Assembly: GCF_009914755.1 (NCBI RefSeq)
Contig: NC_060937.1
Length of the DNA: 64,000 bases
Strand: one strand, 5' to 3'
Source: the human T2T-CHM13v2.0 reference genome, Homo sapiens
Part shown: positions 18,290 through 34,567 of the stretch, in pieces
Layout: each line of letters begins with the position of its first letter
Numbering within the stretch: position 1 is the first letter of the stretch
Position numbers and translations under genes: made by a program
Notes under the pieces: model-generated
What the model saw: the letters and a program-made list of their open reading frames with translations, nothing else
What the model was told of the DNA's origin: nothing
Databases searched by the model: none

Positions 18290-19885
18290 CGAAGTGATCG
18301 ACTTCTTGCCTCTGCCGGGGCTCTGAAGCGCTGCCCCGAGGCGGTGGATGGAGGGTGTCAGGCGTGACATCAAGAGCTCTGCAGCCAGGGCCTGGGACAA
18401 CCTCCCGCTCCACCTCCCCGGAGCCTCGCAGCCAGCATCCCCAGCGGCCCGTGCGCCCCGGCCAAGCGGGACCTCAGCGCTGTGGCGGCCGCAGACCTCA
18501 CCTGGGCAGGCCCCGGGCTGCATGCGGACCGCCGGGCGCCCAGGACTCTAGAGGCAACCAGCGGGCTGGATCCGCACAGCGGCCCTGGGGAATGGATGGT
18601 GTACAGGGGACAAAGCTACACACGTCTTTCATTTTGGAGGGGGGAAAAAAGAAAAAACGGAAATGAAAGATAGAAAATGTGTGGGCTCTCCGTCCTTTCC
18701 TTTGCTCCTGAGCGCTCTCTGGGGTGGGGGGCTCAGCGAGCTTCAAGAGGTGGCCGAGATTCCCCCACCTCGCCCCCAGATCCCCGGGAGAGGTCAGCAC
18801 GGCCCCTCCCTTGGGTGTCACAGAGACCGATGCGGGTCCCGCTCCCCGGGAAGGAGTGGGTCTGGGTCCAGTCCGCAGGATCCCCTCGCGGATGCTGACG
18901 CTGAATGGAGTTGAGGTGGGGGCAGCGCTGGACCCCAGGGTCCCTGCCTGCCTCCTGGGGAGCCCGGTGACCCAGGCAGCCCTGGTGAGGCCGCAGGAGT
19001 CTGGGCCCTAGCGACGCCCCCGGGCTCCCACAGGACGAATGTAGACGGTGAGGCCAAGGACGCCCTGCTGCCCTCGGGACTGTCCCTCCAGCCCCCAGCT
19101 TTCCGTGGCTATTGGGCCCCCTCTGCAGAGGGGCAGGGGAGCCCACCCTGGATCCTGAGGCGCCGAGCTTGAGGGACCCCAGAGCTCCAGCCAGGCCGCT
19201 TTCTTTGAGGATGGTGAAGCTGAGGTCCCGAGGAGGGCAGGGGCAGGTCCCGGGCGCTCCTCAGGCAAAGGGAGCCGATTTAGGGGCTGGGGTCACAGGA
19301 GGGGCTTCTGCGACCTCTAGGGCCCTAGAGCCCGGGAGGATGAGAGACTGGGGGCCTTTCGTCCACCCCTGGGGCTGGGCAGACGCTCAGCCTGTGCAAC
19401 CCGAAGCTGCTTCTGCCCAGTCCCAGCCGCGGCCCCTTTAAGAGGGGGTGGTGCTTCAGCCTGGCGCCAGGGACGCTGCCAGCATGCAGGCCCCGACGGA
19501 AGCCGAGACTGCGCTTCGTGCGAGGCCCGGGCAGCATCGGCGGCGTGGTCAGAGCGAGTCTCGGAGAAGATGTGGTGGTTTCCGTTTGTTGGTGGAGGAG
19601 GTGGCAGGCCTCGGCGGTAAGTGGAGGGGGATGAACCCCACCTGGAACCCTCTGGGTCTCCCTACTCCTTCCCGGCCGCTCCCTGCTTTCGGGCCCTGAC
19701 TTCTAAGTGGGCATCTGGGCCCGAGTCGTCAGCGTTGGGGCGGTTGTGGGATCCGGGCCTCGGCAGCGTCCACACCCCCGCCGGGAAGGCTATGCCCCTG
19801 TCCGACCCACGTCCAGCCTATAGGAGCGCCCTGGCCCAGAGCCGGCGGTGAAGCGCTGGACTGGGTCCCTCCGAGCCCCACGGGC
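18290..19885. promoter_or_regulatory. CpG-island-like GC-rich segment, promoter-like, with no identifiable gene
   Basis: Abrupt rise in GC and CpG density (e.g. 'gcggcccgtgcgccccggccaagcggg', 'gcggccgc', 'cggcggcgtgg') compared with CpG-poor flanks. Confidence 0.7.
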
Positions 19886-19959
19886 CTCTGAGCTGGGGTC
19901 TAGGGTTATTTTTTATGCCTCAGGACCTTTAGAAAGAGACCTCGCTAGAGCAGGGGACA

Positions 19960-22900
19960 TCTGTAGTTTCAATTCTTTGAGGAGTTTCCAGCTATTTAAC
20001 TGTTTTCCATGGTGTGTACCCTAATTTTCATTTCCACCTACAGTGTATGAGTTCCCCTTTCTCCAAAACCAAACCCCCATTCCAATTTGTTTTTGTTTTT
20101 GTTATTTTGAGACGGAGTCTCGCTCTGTCTCCAAGGCTGGAGGGCAGTGGCGCCATCTCGGCTCACTGCAACCTCTACCTCCCGGTTTCAAGCAATTCTC
20201 CTGTGTAGCTGGGACTACAGGCGCCCGCCACCACGCCCGGGTAATTTTTGTATTTTTATTTTTAGTAGAGACGGGGTTTCACGATATTTGTCAGGCTGGT
20301 CTGAAACTCGTGACCTCAGGTGATCCACCCGCCTTGGCTTCCCAAAGTGCTGGGATTACAGACGTGAGCCACGGCTCCCAGACCCTCCTATTTTTAAAAA
20401 AATTTTCTAGGAATATTCAATAAGTGTGAGACTATCTGCGTGTGGTTTTGAATTACAGTATTCTAATGCATAGTTAATTTTGAGGACCTTATCTCTTATC
20501 TGTTGTTCGATTTTATATCTGTGCAGAATTGTCTCTTCAGGTTATTTGCGAAATATTAGATTGGATTCTTTTTCTACTTTGTACTCTTTTTTGTGTACAC
20601 GTTAGTTGACAACTCCTCGTGAATTACATGATTGCCTGAAATTTTTGCATAATCTATGGGATGCTTTTTTATTTGGAAAGTAGTTTTCTTTGCTATGCAG
20701 AAACTTTTCACGTTGATGTAGTCCCATATTTTTTTTTTTTTTGCGTTTTATGCATGTCATAATGGTCACCCATATTAGAAAATATGCATCAGTAACAAAG
20801 CATTTAATTGTCAGTGAGGTTTTTCTTCCAGGGTGTTTGTTTCTTTTCCTCTTTGCAAAGGTTAACAGAGATTCAAGTGACCCAAAATATATGCTCAACC
20901 TGTGTTTTACTTAAGTAAACACAGTAATTTTTTAAAAAACATTTTGTGGTTTATGGTATTTTGTTTTGGCCTTCAGTTGATGGGGGGGGCGGTTGATTTT
21001 CATACATCGTGTAAAATAAGGGTCCTGTTTCTCGCTTTTGCATCCGGATATCATTTTTCTCAAAGCTATTCATTGATCAGACTCTGCCTTCCACGTTGTG
21101 GTGTTCTTTATCAAAGTCAGTTGACTGTGTCCATATTTGTGTTGTTTTTGTCCTCCCTGTTTTTGTCCATAGTTCTAGGTATTTCTTTTTATGCAAGTAC
21201 CATATATCTACTGCATAACTACAACTTGGCAATTTAATTTGATATCAAGGATTATGGGTTCTCACTTTGATTGTATTTCTCAAGATTCCTTTAGATATTC
21301 ATTGCTTTTGTGGTTCCCTGTGATTTTTAGCACTATGTATTTATTTCTGTTAATTTTTTTACAACATAAAGGGCCATAATTAGGGGTACATTTTTATACA
21401 TATATATTGGGTAATGATCAAATCAGGGTACTTAGGATCTCTATTCCCTCATACAGGTATTATTTTTGTGTAAAGAGAACATTCAAAATTCTCCTTGCTC
21501 TTTAGAAAAATGTAATACGGTTAAGTCCAGTCACCAGGCTGAGGAGAACACTCAGATTTATTCTTTTAATGTTAAGATAACTTTGTTTCCATAACCAATC
21601 CTTCTCCATTCCCCTTCTGTCTCCCGGACTCTGGTAACCAATATTGTGCTTTCTACTTCTTTAAGATAAACATCTTAAGATTTCACATGAGTGGTATCAT
21701 GCAGTGTTTGTCTTTCTAGGCCTAGCTCATCACATTTAACATAATGTTTTCCAGGTTCATCTGGGTTGCTCTAAATGACACTGTTTGATTATTCTGATAG
21801 CCGAAGAATATTCCCCAGTGTATGTATATGAGAGTTTCTTGATCTCTTTATCTGTGGGTGAACAGGTAGGTTGAATGTATAGCCAGTAGTGGGACTGCTA
21901 GATGGTATGGTATTTCCTTTTTTTTTTTCTATTGTTTGCAGGACCCCCAACTGTTTTTTATAGTGTTAATACCAATTTACATTTCCACAAACAGTCCCCC
22001 TTTCTGGAAATTCATACTAGGAATTTTCTTTTTAAATATTTTAATCTTTTTGTGATGTTCATTCTAGTTGGAGTGAGATAAGATCTGAGAGTGGTTTTGA
22101 TCTACATTTTTCTCATGAGTAGTAATGTTAACCACGTTTTTATAAATGTTGAATCTGTTTTCTGTCTTCTTTGCACAAATATCTACTCAGGTTATTTGCC
22201 CAATTTTGGTCTGGTTATTTCTCTGTTGTTTTGTTTTTTTGCCAGCTGTTAGTGTTACTGGCTTGTGCCTTTTCAAAAGTAACCTGTTATCCACTGTATG
22301 TTTGCCCAAACTTTTCTTATAAGTTTTAGTATGCCTTTTCATTTTGTTCGTTCTTTCCTTTTTTGGGCACAAATTCTTCAGTTTGATGAGGTCCCACATG
22401 TGTATAATTTCTTGGTTAGTGTGCTATTGTTTACTAATCAAGAAAAAACAAAATCAGTGCCAAAGCAGTCCATTGTCAGTGATTTTTCCCTTGTATTTTT
22501 GTTACTTTTTGCAAACTGTGAGCATACATCCAAGTTTCCCTAAATATACACACACTCGAGGTTGTGTTTATAAGAGCTTTATGGTTGCAAGTTTTGTGAA
22601 TTATTTCTGTATTATTTAGTACCACACTTTTTGTATTATTTAGTACACTAAATATATTTTGTATTATTTAGTATAAATACAAAATAATACAAAATAAAAA
22701 TATTTTTTATTATTTAGTACACACTATTTGTATTATTTAGTACCACACTTTTTGCAAACCGTGAGCATACATCCAAGCTTCCCTAAATATACACACACTC
22801 GAGGTTGTGTTTATAAGAGCTTTATGGTTGCAAGTTTTGTGAATAATCTTTAATCCTTTTGAGTTAAAGTGTTTTTTTTGGTACCACAAGAGTCCTGTAT

Positions 22901-24140
22901 TATTTAGTACCACAAGAGTCCTGTATTATTCTTTTGCATATGGATATCTAGTTTTGGAAACCTTCCCCATTGTGTTGTTTTGGTGGTGTTTTGAAAAATG
23001 TGTTCACTCTGTGTAAATTTGTGTTTATTATTGAGCGCTCTCATTTTGCTCACTGGTCTGTGTTTCTCTGTGTATGCCAGTAACATATGGATTGGTTAAC
23101 TAGGGATTTTCGTTTAATTAGAACTCAGGGAATGTGATGCAGCCCATATGGTTTGTATTTCTCAGGATTGCTTTAGAAATTCAGGGTGTTTCGTATTTCC
23201 ACATAAATTTTGGCATTGTTTCTTTGTATTTCTTAAAACACTATTTGCCATACACTAAGTGTATATAAGTAGAGGGTACAAGGAAGATTTCGATACATGT
23301 ATATGTTGAGTAATGAAAAAATCAAGTTATTTAGCATCTCTTCACCTCATAGTTACTACTTTTTGAGTGGTAACAACATTCAGAATCTTTCCTTCTAGCT
23401 ACTTTGAAATATATGATACATTTGTATTAAGGCTAGTCACCCTGCTGTAGAATAGAAGACCAGAATTGATTACTGTCATCTAAGAGTAACTTTGTACCCA
23501 TTACTGATTCCTTCCCCGACCCTCTCCACCTCCCCAGCAGCCTCTGGTAATCCCTATTGAACTTTCTACTTCTAGGAGATAAAGCTTTTTTCAGTCTACA
23601 TGTCTGAGATCACGTGGCATGGGACTTTCTCTGCCAGGCTCATTTGTTGGACCTGATGTTCTCCAGGTTTCTTCATGTGGCTGCAGATGGCAGGATTTCC
23701 CAAAGCTTTATGGCTGAAACATATTCCGTGGTGTATCTGTATGGCAGTTTCTTCATCCCTGAAGCTGTGTACGGACAGGTAGGTTGGTTTTGTACCTTGG
23801 CCACAGTTAGGGGTGCTTTAGTACCCATGGGAAGGCAGGTAACTCTCTTCAACCTAGGGATTTCAAGTGCTTTAATTGTGGAACCAGTGATGGGGCTTCT
23901 AGCTGACATGGTAGTTGTACTGTGAATTTTTTCAGGAACCTCTAGCTGTTTTTCATAGTGTGTATACTAATTTACATCCCCACCAATAGCATTTAAGAGG
24001 TTTCTCTTCTGTAAGTCTACACTGGCTGTCACCTTTAAAAATTTGTGTTTTGTTTGTCTTTGGTAGTATTCATTCTGAGTGGAATGAGATGGACTCTTAG
24101 TGTGGTTTTTGTGGACATTTTTGTGAGGATTGGTGATGTC
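19960..24140 (-). repeat. Head-to-tail diverged copies of an old 5'-truncated L1 (L1MA-like) 3' segment, ~1.9-kb period
   Basis: The reverse L1 motif 'actgttttccat(a/g)gtg...taatttacattcc' recurs at ~20000, ~21950 and ~23945. L1 3' termini restart at ~21360 and ~23250. Confidence 0.7.
20086..20383 (-). mobile_element. AluS with small internal deletion
   Basis: (ttttg)n tail, then 'gagacggagtctcgctctgtc' to 'gtgagccacggctcccag'. It lacks 'cctcagcctccc' at ~20203. Confidence 0.92.
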
Positions 24141-24149
24141 GAGAAAGTT

Positions 24150-24885
24150 ATTTCAGAAATCCCCACATCGTTTTCCATGGTGTCTGAACTAGTTTGCATT
24201 TCTACCAACAGCAGACCAGCATCCTCTCCTCCTCTGCCTCGCTGGCATTCATTCTTGTGGACTGTGTCATAATTGTCATTCCGACCAGTGTGAAATACTA
24301 TCTCATGGGCCTTTTGCTTTGCATTTCTCTGATGATTACTGAGGTAGAGAAATGTCCTGTCCGTTGGTTGCTATAAACCTTCCTTTGAGATGTGTGTTTT
24401 CATGCCCTTTGCCCTTTCTTCACTGAGTTTTTGTTTTGCTGATTTATTTGCTTAACATTTTTGAGGTAGATCCTGGAAATCAGACTTCATGAGATGCATA
24501 TGTGGGGACATTTTCTCCCATTGTGTAGGCTTTCTGTTTACTCTGTTGGTAATTTCTTCTGCTGTTCAGCAGCTCTTTTATATATTAGGTCCCACTTGTC
24601 AATAATTGTTTTAGTTGCACTTGCTTTTGGGGACTTAGGCATATCCATGCTGTGCCAAATCCTCTGTCAGGAAGTGTGTTTCCTAGGTTCCCTTGCAGGC
24701 TTTTAATAGTTTGAGGTCTTGCATTTACAGCTTTCATTCATCTTGCGTTAATTTCTGTACATGGTGAGACACAGGGGCCCACTGTTTTTCTTCTGCAACT
24801 GGCTAGCCGTTTTATCCCAGCACCATCTATTGAGAGGAGGGAGTTCTTTCTCCAAAGCTTGTTTGTGTGGTTTTTGTTGAAGATG
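24150..24885 (-). mobile_element. LINE-1 ORF2 3' fragment (separate copy)
   Basis: 'ttgcatttctctgatgatta', 'ggtcccacttgtcaat', 'tttcctaggtt', 'tcccagcaccatctattga'. Confidence 0.8.
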
Positions 24886-25212
24886 AAGAAATAGTGTCAA
24901 CCTGGTGTTTGATGTCCAATGTTCACCAGGCTCCAGGTGGACACCTCTAGAAGTAGATCTTTACAGATGAGAACCTGGAACTGGTTTGCTGACCCGTTTT
25001 AGTCGGAATGAATTCCTGACCTTCTTGTCAGGAGGAGACAGAAACCTGATCATCTGTAGTGTACGGTGGTATCGTGATTACTTAAATCATCAAATGTGGT
25101 TATTGGGAATGATGTGTTTTTTCAAGTGGTATATGAGAGGTAAAATTGCTATTGTAGTTGACTGTTGCAGTTATAATTTTGTCAACATGGTCTGTAAGAG
25201 TGCAATGGAGTC

Positions 25213-26290
<1,078 letters not shown>

Positions 26291-26924
26291 TACAGCACAG
26301 CAGGAAAGACACAAAGAAACCAGACAGAAGAGTGTAAGTAGTAAGGGGCCAAGCAGTCACCTGACTAGAGAGAGTGCCAGCTTGCCAAGAAGGCACCAGA
26401 CAGAAGCTGTGATCTTCAGCAAAGGGACACAGTCTGCCTGTGCTGACCCTGCAGGGGCAGAGGTGGGGGATAAACACACTCTTCTCTCACCTATCTTCTG
26501 CCACCCCCTCCATTAGCTGAACCCCAATAAAAGCATGAGGGTAAGGGAGATCTCTGCAGTATCCAATTCAGGTGAGCCTCCTAAGGAACAAAGCAGAACG
26601 TAGAAAAATTAAGAATGGGTCTAGGGAATAAAATAGAGATATGCACCGGAGTATGATGATGTGTCTGGGAAAGAATATACAAATACTTTTAAAATTACTA
26701 GACAATAAACCTGAGATGACACTAATACAGGTAAATCTCATTTAATGGTAATATATTCCAAGAAATGCATCATTACGTGATTTTGTGGCTGTGCAGACAC
26801 CATAGAATGTAGTTTATACAAACCTAGACAGTGTAGCCTACAACATACCTAGGCTATATCGTACAGCCTATTGCTCCTGGGCTACACACCTGTGCAGCAC
26901 GTCACTGTGCTGAATACAGTAGGC

Positions 26925-27564
<640 letters not shown>

Positions 27565-27630
27565 CTGTAGGCAGTTATATCACAATAGTAATATCTAAAC
27601 ATGGAAAAGATACAGTAAAAACATAGTACA

Positions 27631-27950
<320 letters not shown>

Positions 27951-28565
27951 CTAGCATGAACAGAGGTTGCAGGACTGGCAGTTGCTATGATGAGTCAGTG
28001 AGTACTTGGTGAGTGAATGCAAAGGCCTAGGATATTACTGTACATAACTATAGACTTTATATACACTGTACACTTAGGCTACACTAAATGTATTTGAAAT
28101 TTTTCTTTCTTTAACAAGTTCATCTTAGCTTATCGTAACTTTATAAACTTTTAATTTTTTTAACTTTTTGATTCTTATAATAACACATCTTAAAACAAAA
28201 ACACATTGAACAGCTGTACAGAAATACTTTATATCCTTATTCGATAAGCTTTATTTATTTTTATTTTTTATGTTTTAAACTTTTTTGTTAAAAACTAAGA
28301 TACAAACACACACACTAGCTTAGCCCTGTAAGGGTCAGGATAATCAATATCACTGTCTTCCATCTCCAAATCTTGTCCCAGTGAAAGGTCTTCAGGGTCT
28401 TCAAGGGCAATAACATATATGCAGCTGTCATCTTCTATGATAACAAGGCTTTCTTCTGGAAGAACTCCTGAAAGACCTTCCCGACGCTGTTTTATAGTTA
28501 ATTATTTTTCATGAGTAGAAGTACTACACTCTAAAATATGAATAAAATGTATAGTATTGTAAATA

Positions 28566-28978
28566 CTGTTGATCCTTGAACAGTGCAAGGGTTAGGGGAC
28601 CAGCTCCTGTGCAGTTGAAAATCCATATATAACTCTGGGCTATCCCCAAACTTAACTACTAATAGCCTATTCTTAACTGCAAGCTTTGCTGATCAAATAA
28701 ACAATTAATGCATAATTTGTTAATTATATACTGTATTCTTAAAGAAAGAGAAAAGAAAATTCTATTAAGAAAATCATAAGGAGGAGAAAATATGTTTACT
28801 ATTCATTAAGTGAAAGTGGATCATCATAAAGGTCTTCGTCTGCATATTCATGTTGAGCAGCCTGAGGAAGAGAAGAGGAGAAGTTGATCCTGTTGTCTCA
28901 GGGGTGGGAGAAACAGAAGGAAATTTGCATATAAGTGAACTTGTGCATTTCAAATCCATGCTGTTCAAGGAGCAACTG
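28566..28978. mobile_element. Tigger2a/MER28-like DNA transposon
   Basis: TIRs 'ctgttgatccttgaaca' / 'tgttcaaggagcaactg', flanked by TA on both sides, ~413 bp. Confidence 0.8.
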
Positions 28979-29391
28979 TACATAAACTAGTCACATGGTC
29001 ATTTATTATCATTAACAAGTATGACATATGGTACATAATTAGATGTGCTAACCTTTAATGCCACTGACAAATATGGTGGGTTTGCTTATACCAGCCTCAC
29101 TGCAAACACATGAGTAATGCGTTGTGCTATGATGTCATCATGGCCACAGTGTTACTAGATGGTAAGAATTTTTCAGCTCTGTTATCTTAAGCGACCACCA
29201 TTGTATGCAGTGTAGCATTTACCAAAAAACCATTATGCCACACAGGACCATATTTGGGGCTTTTAGTGTCCCCTGTCCCCAAGATCCTTCTATTCAAAAT
29301 GTGAGCTCATGCATGGTTTAAAATTTGTGATGGTGTGCAGTGGACACATGGTGGATTGACATATTTTTTTCTTTACTTTTGAATAGTTGGA

Positions 29392-29692
29392 TTTTTTTTT
29401 TCAAGACAGAGTCTCACTCTGTCACCCAGGCTGGAGTGCAGTGGCGTGATCTCAGCTCACTGCAAGCTCGCAAGCTCTACCTTCTGGGTTCACGCCATTC
29501 TCCTGCCTCAGCCTCCTGAGTAGCTGGGACTACAGGTGCCCACCACCAGGCCCAGCTAATTTTTTTGTATTTTTAGGCGAGACTGGATTTCACTGTATTA
29601 GCCACGATGTTCTTGATCTCCTGACCTCCTGATCCGCCCACCTTGGCCTTCCAAAGTGCTGGGATTACAGGTGTGAGCCACCAAGCCCAGCC
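29392..29692 (-). mobile_element. AluY/Sc-like element
   Basis: Reverse Alu with 'gttcacgccattctcc' and a local 'gcaagctc' duplication. Confidence 0.92.
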
Positions 29693-29699
29693 GAAGATG

Positions 29700-30540
29700 A
29701 CTTCTTAAAATAGACACGAAGTATGAAAATACTTGTAGCCCAAGTAAATTCTTATTAGAGGGAATCCACTGAAGAGGAGTAATCGTATGCATACAATGAC
29801 ATGTTATATAATAGATGTTAGTCAGCTGATACTTGTTCAATGGGCTCATGAACAGATGCACATAATATTAAGGATAGAAGGTATTCACGACTTTACATAA
29901 TCAAATTGTATCTGGACCAATGTAGAACAACTAAGGCTAATATGACAGCCTTCCCTCAGGGGCTACCCAGTCAACTTGCAGATTGATGACATTGAAACCC
30001 ATCCCTCAGGGATTTTGTTCTCACCGAAATAGACACTTATTCTGGGTACGAACTCACCTTTTACATTTGCAATTTTTCTGCTGGTACTACCATGAGTGAA
30101 CTTAAATAATTTGTTATTCACCATCATGATATCCCATACAACATTGTTTTTGACTAAGGAATTCATTTCAATGCAAAAAAAAATATGGTATTAGGCTCAT
30201 GTTTGTGCAATTCATTGGATTTACAACATAATCCCTATCACCTAGAAGAATCTGACATGATGGAATGGAATCATGTAACTCAGTTAATGCTCCCAGCTGG
30301 TAAACAACACATAGTGAGGTTGGGATGTTGTCCTACAGTGTGTGGTATAAACTTAGAGTCAGTGACCACCGTGTAGTGTTATTTATCTTACAACAAAAAC
30401 ACATGAATCTGAAAGTCAAGGGGAGGGGGCTCCCTGCACTATTATGCCTAATTTGCACTTGCAGACTTTTTCTTCCCTTTTGTGAAACTTTGGGTTCTCC
30501 TCATTTAGAGATAATGATTCCCCAGGGAGGAAACTAACTT
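29700..30540 (+). mobile_element. Degenerate ERVL-class internal pol/integrase-region segment (continues at ~31600-31790)
   Basis: 'gcagattgatgacattg', 'ttgttctcaccgaaatagacacttattctgggta', 'tgactaaggaattcatttca' and 'ccccagggaggaa'. It resumes with 'ttaagtggaagctga' after the retrocopy. Confidence 0.6.
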
Positions 30541-30541
30541 C

Positions 30542-31597
<1,056 letters not shown>

Positions 31598-32257
31598 TTA
31601 AGATGACAGGTTTCATTAAGTGGAAGCTGAAATACCATTTGGGGATATTTAGTTCTTCTTGAAACTAACGGTAAAGAAAACAGCAGACCTATTAACAGGT
31701 AATTGATCTAGAGATAGCCAAGGTGAAATTGGGTTTCTCTATTCAGTAGGGGCAGGGAGGACTATGTGTGGAACACAGGAGTATCTCAGTCATTCCATGT
31801 GTGATAGTACATGAAAGAGATGAGCAGTTGTAGTGCTGTTCACTGTGCAAAAGTATCCCTTCTTCCTAACGTGGGAGGGCTGCTTTTGCAAATATGTCTG
31901 TGCTATTTCTCACTGGTCCTGCCTCTTCTGTTCTTGGAATCAAACTCAGTCCACGACAGATCCCACTGCTAGCTGAATTTCTTTATTAGTCCTATCACAA
32001 ATGAAATTTTGTATTAGCACCTCAGGGGATTTCTTTAATTTTGCAAAAGTATGTCATCCTAATTTATTATTTTTTTCCTAAGATCTGGCAATGAGCATCG
32101 GTTCTCTGCTTCCTATCTTACCCTGCTCACTCACAGCTGCTTCAGGTGACCTCCTTTTTAGGTTCAGAGTTATGGCTGACCTCGGCTTTAATCAAAACGA
32201 ATGTATTTTGGTTTCTCATTTTGTTTATTGCTTCTGTCTTCAAATTAGAAATCCTAG

Positions 32258-32570
<313 letters not shown>

Positions 32571-33940
32571 GATTTTTATGACCATGAATGGGGACAGATT
32601 TCTTAAACAGATCACAATGAGCCATAGTTTTAAGGGAATAAGTTGATAAATTAGACTATATTCAAATTAAGAATTTCTGTTTATTAAGAGACACCACTAA
32701 GAAAGTGACAGGACAAGTTGCAGAGTGGAAACAGATCTATGAACACATAGAACTGACAGAGGTCTCACATCAACAATATGTAAAGAGCTCTTAAAAATCA
32801 CTAAGAGAAAGAACAATGGGTAAAACACTTAAACGTGTAATTTATAAAAGCAAAACTTGAATGTGTTCAGCTTTCTTAGTATTCATGTAAATGCAAATTA
32901 ACATCACAACAGGATAACATATCCTCCAAAACGGCTAAAATGTAAAAGATAGAACACCAAGTGTTGGAGAGAATCTGGAGCAACAAGAACTCTCATCACT
33001 GCTGGAGGGGACACTGTGTTTGGCATTGAATAAAGGTTCTAGAAAGGAGCACATTTAGGACTCAGGTATTTCACTCTTAGGATAACAGAAACGCATGCAC
33101 ATCTGCATCAAAAGACATCTATGGAAATGTGTGTGGCATCATTCTCTGTCATTGGAAAAATATCTTGAAACAAAACCCAAATGTGACTTCTGTTTTCCAG
33201 CTTGGAAGCTGTCACTCCTGTCCTCACAACGACAACAAAAAACACCTTGAACAAACTGAAAATTACAACTTTTCTTAGATCCATCAGAGACTTGAGGTTA
33301 ACAGGGAAAACCGTTATCCCCCAAATTGGAGAGGCAGTGAGTCCCAGCCTAACAGGATCGGAGGCTGGCCACTGGAGCCAGAACCACGGTGGGAAGACTT
33401 ACATGTAAACAACAAATCGCTGGAGGCTCCATGCACATAAACTTGAGAATTAAGAATTAAGGGAGCCCAGTCTTAGGGGGCCCTACACTTTCATGAACCT
33501 CCAAGAGCTCTGCCAGACGCTCTTATGCACATCAGAGAAAAATTCCCTCCTGCTTCCCACAGGGAAGGGGAAAAGTAACTACTTTGAAATATGCCCTGGG
33601 TGTTCCGTTCTCCTTAGCAAAAGCCTGCCCCAGGGAAACCATTTCACAAGAGTCTAACCACCTTGGGCTTTAGCAGGGCCTAACACCTGTTAGAATAAGA
33701 ATAAAAATTGCATCAAACTTTTCTTCAGAACCCATGCAAGCAAGCAAAAAAATTCCACCAAACTAAAATTCTGTATCCTGCAAAATTATCTTTCCAAAGT
33801 GAAGAAAAAGACTTTCTCAGAGAAACACAAATTTGCTGTCAGTAGATCTGTCAAAATGTTAAAAGAAGTTATCCAGAGAGAAGAAAATGATATAGGCTAA
33901 AAACTTGGATCTACATAAAGAAAAAAGGTTTTAGAGAAGG
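32571..33940 (+). mobile_element. Mosaic of old L1M fragments (ORF2 3' part, 5'-region piece, ORF1 end)
   Basis: 'caaattaagaatttctg', 'aatgcaaattaa', 'ggagcaacaagaactctcat', and 'aattctgtatcctgcaaaattatctttc' near 33770. Confidence 0.6.
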
Positions 33941-34254
33941 AAGAAAGGGGCTTCCTGCCTCCCTCCTCCATGGGGCACTGGTGCTATGCCCAGCACCCAG
34001 ATGCCCCTACCCAATGCTGAATAAGAACACAGAGCACCATGAATGGCTGGCTCTAAAAGGAAAAGTGGAAGACTTGTGTTCTCAACCCACAGCTGCTACT
34101 GCTACATTTAAAGACACTGCAGTGAACATTGTAAGTTCTCTGGCTCATGGAGGGAGGAATCTATTCCAAAGACTCTGAGAAAAACTGTAAATTAAACAAA
34201 AATATGGTGAAAGCTGGTTCCTGAGCTTTATTGATGTTAATAATGCACCTTATT

Positions 34255-34567
34255 GGCCAGGCACAGTGGCTCATGACTGTGATCCCAGCACTTTGGGAGG
34301 CCAATGTGGGAGGATCACAAGGTCAGAAGATCGAGTCCAGCCAGGCCAACATGGTGAAACCCTGTCTCTACTAAAAATACAAAAATTAGCTGGGTGTGGT
34401 AGCACGTGCCTGTAATCCCAGTGACTCAGGAAGCTGAGGCAGGAGAATCGCTTGAACCCGGCAGGTGGAGGTTGCTGTGAGCTGAGATGGCACCACTCCA
34501 CTACAGCCTCGTGACAAAGGAAGACTACCTCTCAAAAAACAAAAAACAAAAACAAAAAAACAAAAAA
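34255..34567 (+). mobile_element. AluS
   Basis: 'ggccaggcacagtggctca' through a (caaaa)n tail. Confidence 0.92.

Noticed and set aside
18212-19851. Overlapping 60-137-aa ORFs on both strands
   Set aside because: Expected from stop-codon scarcity in GC-rich DNA; no recognisable protein.
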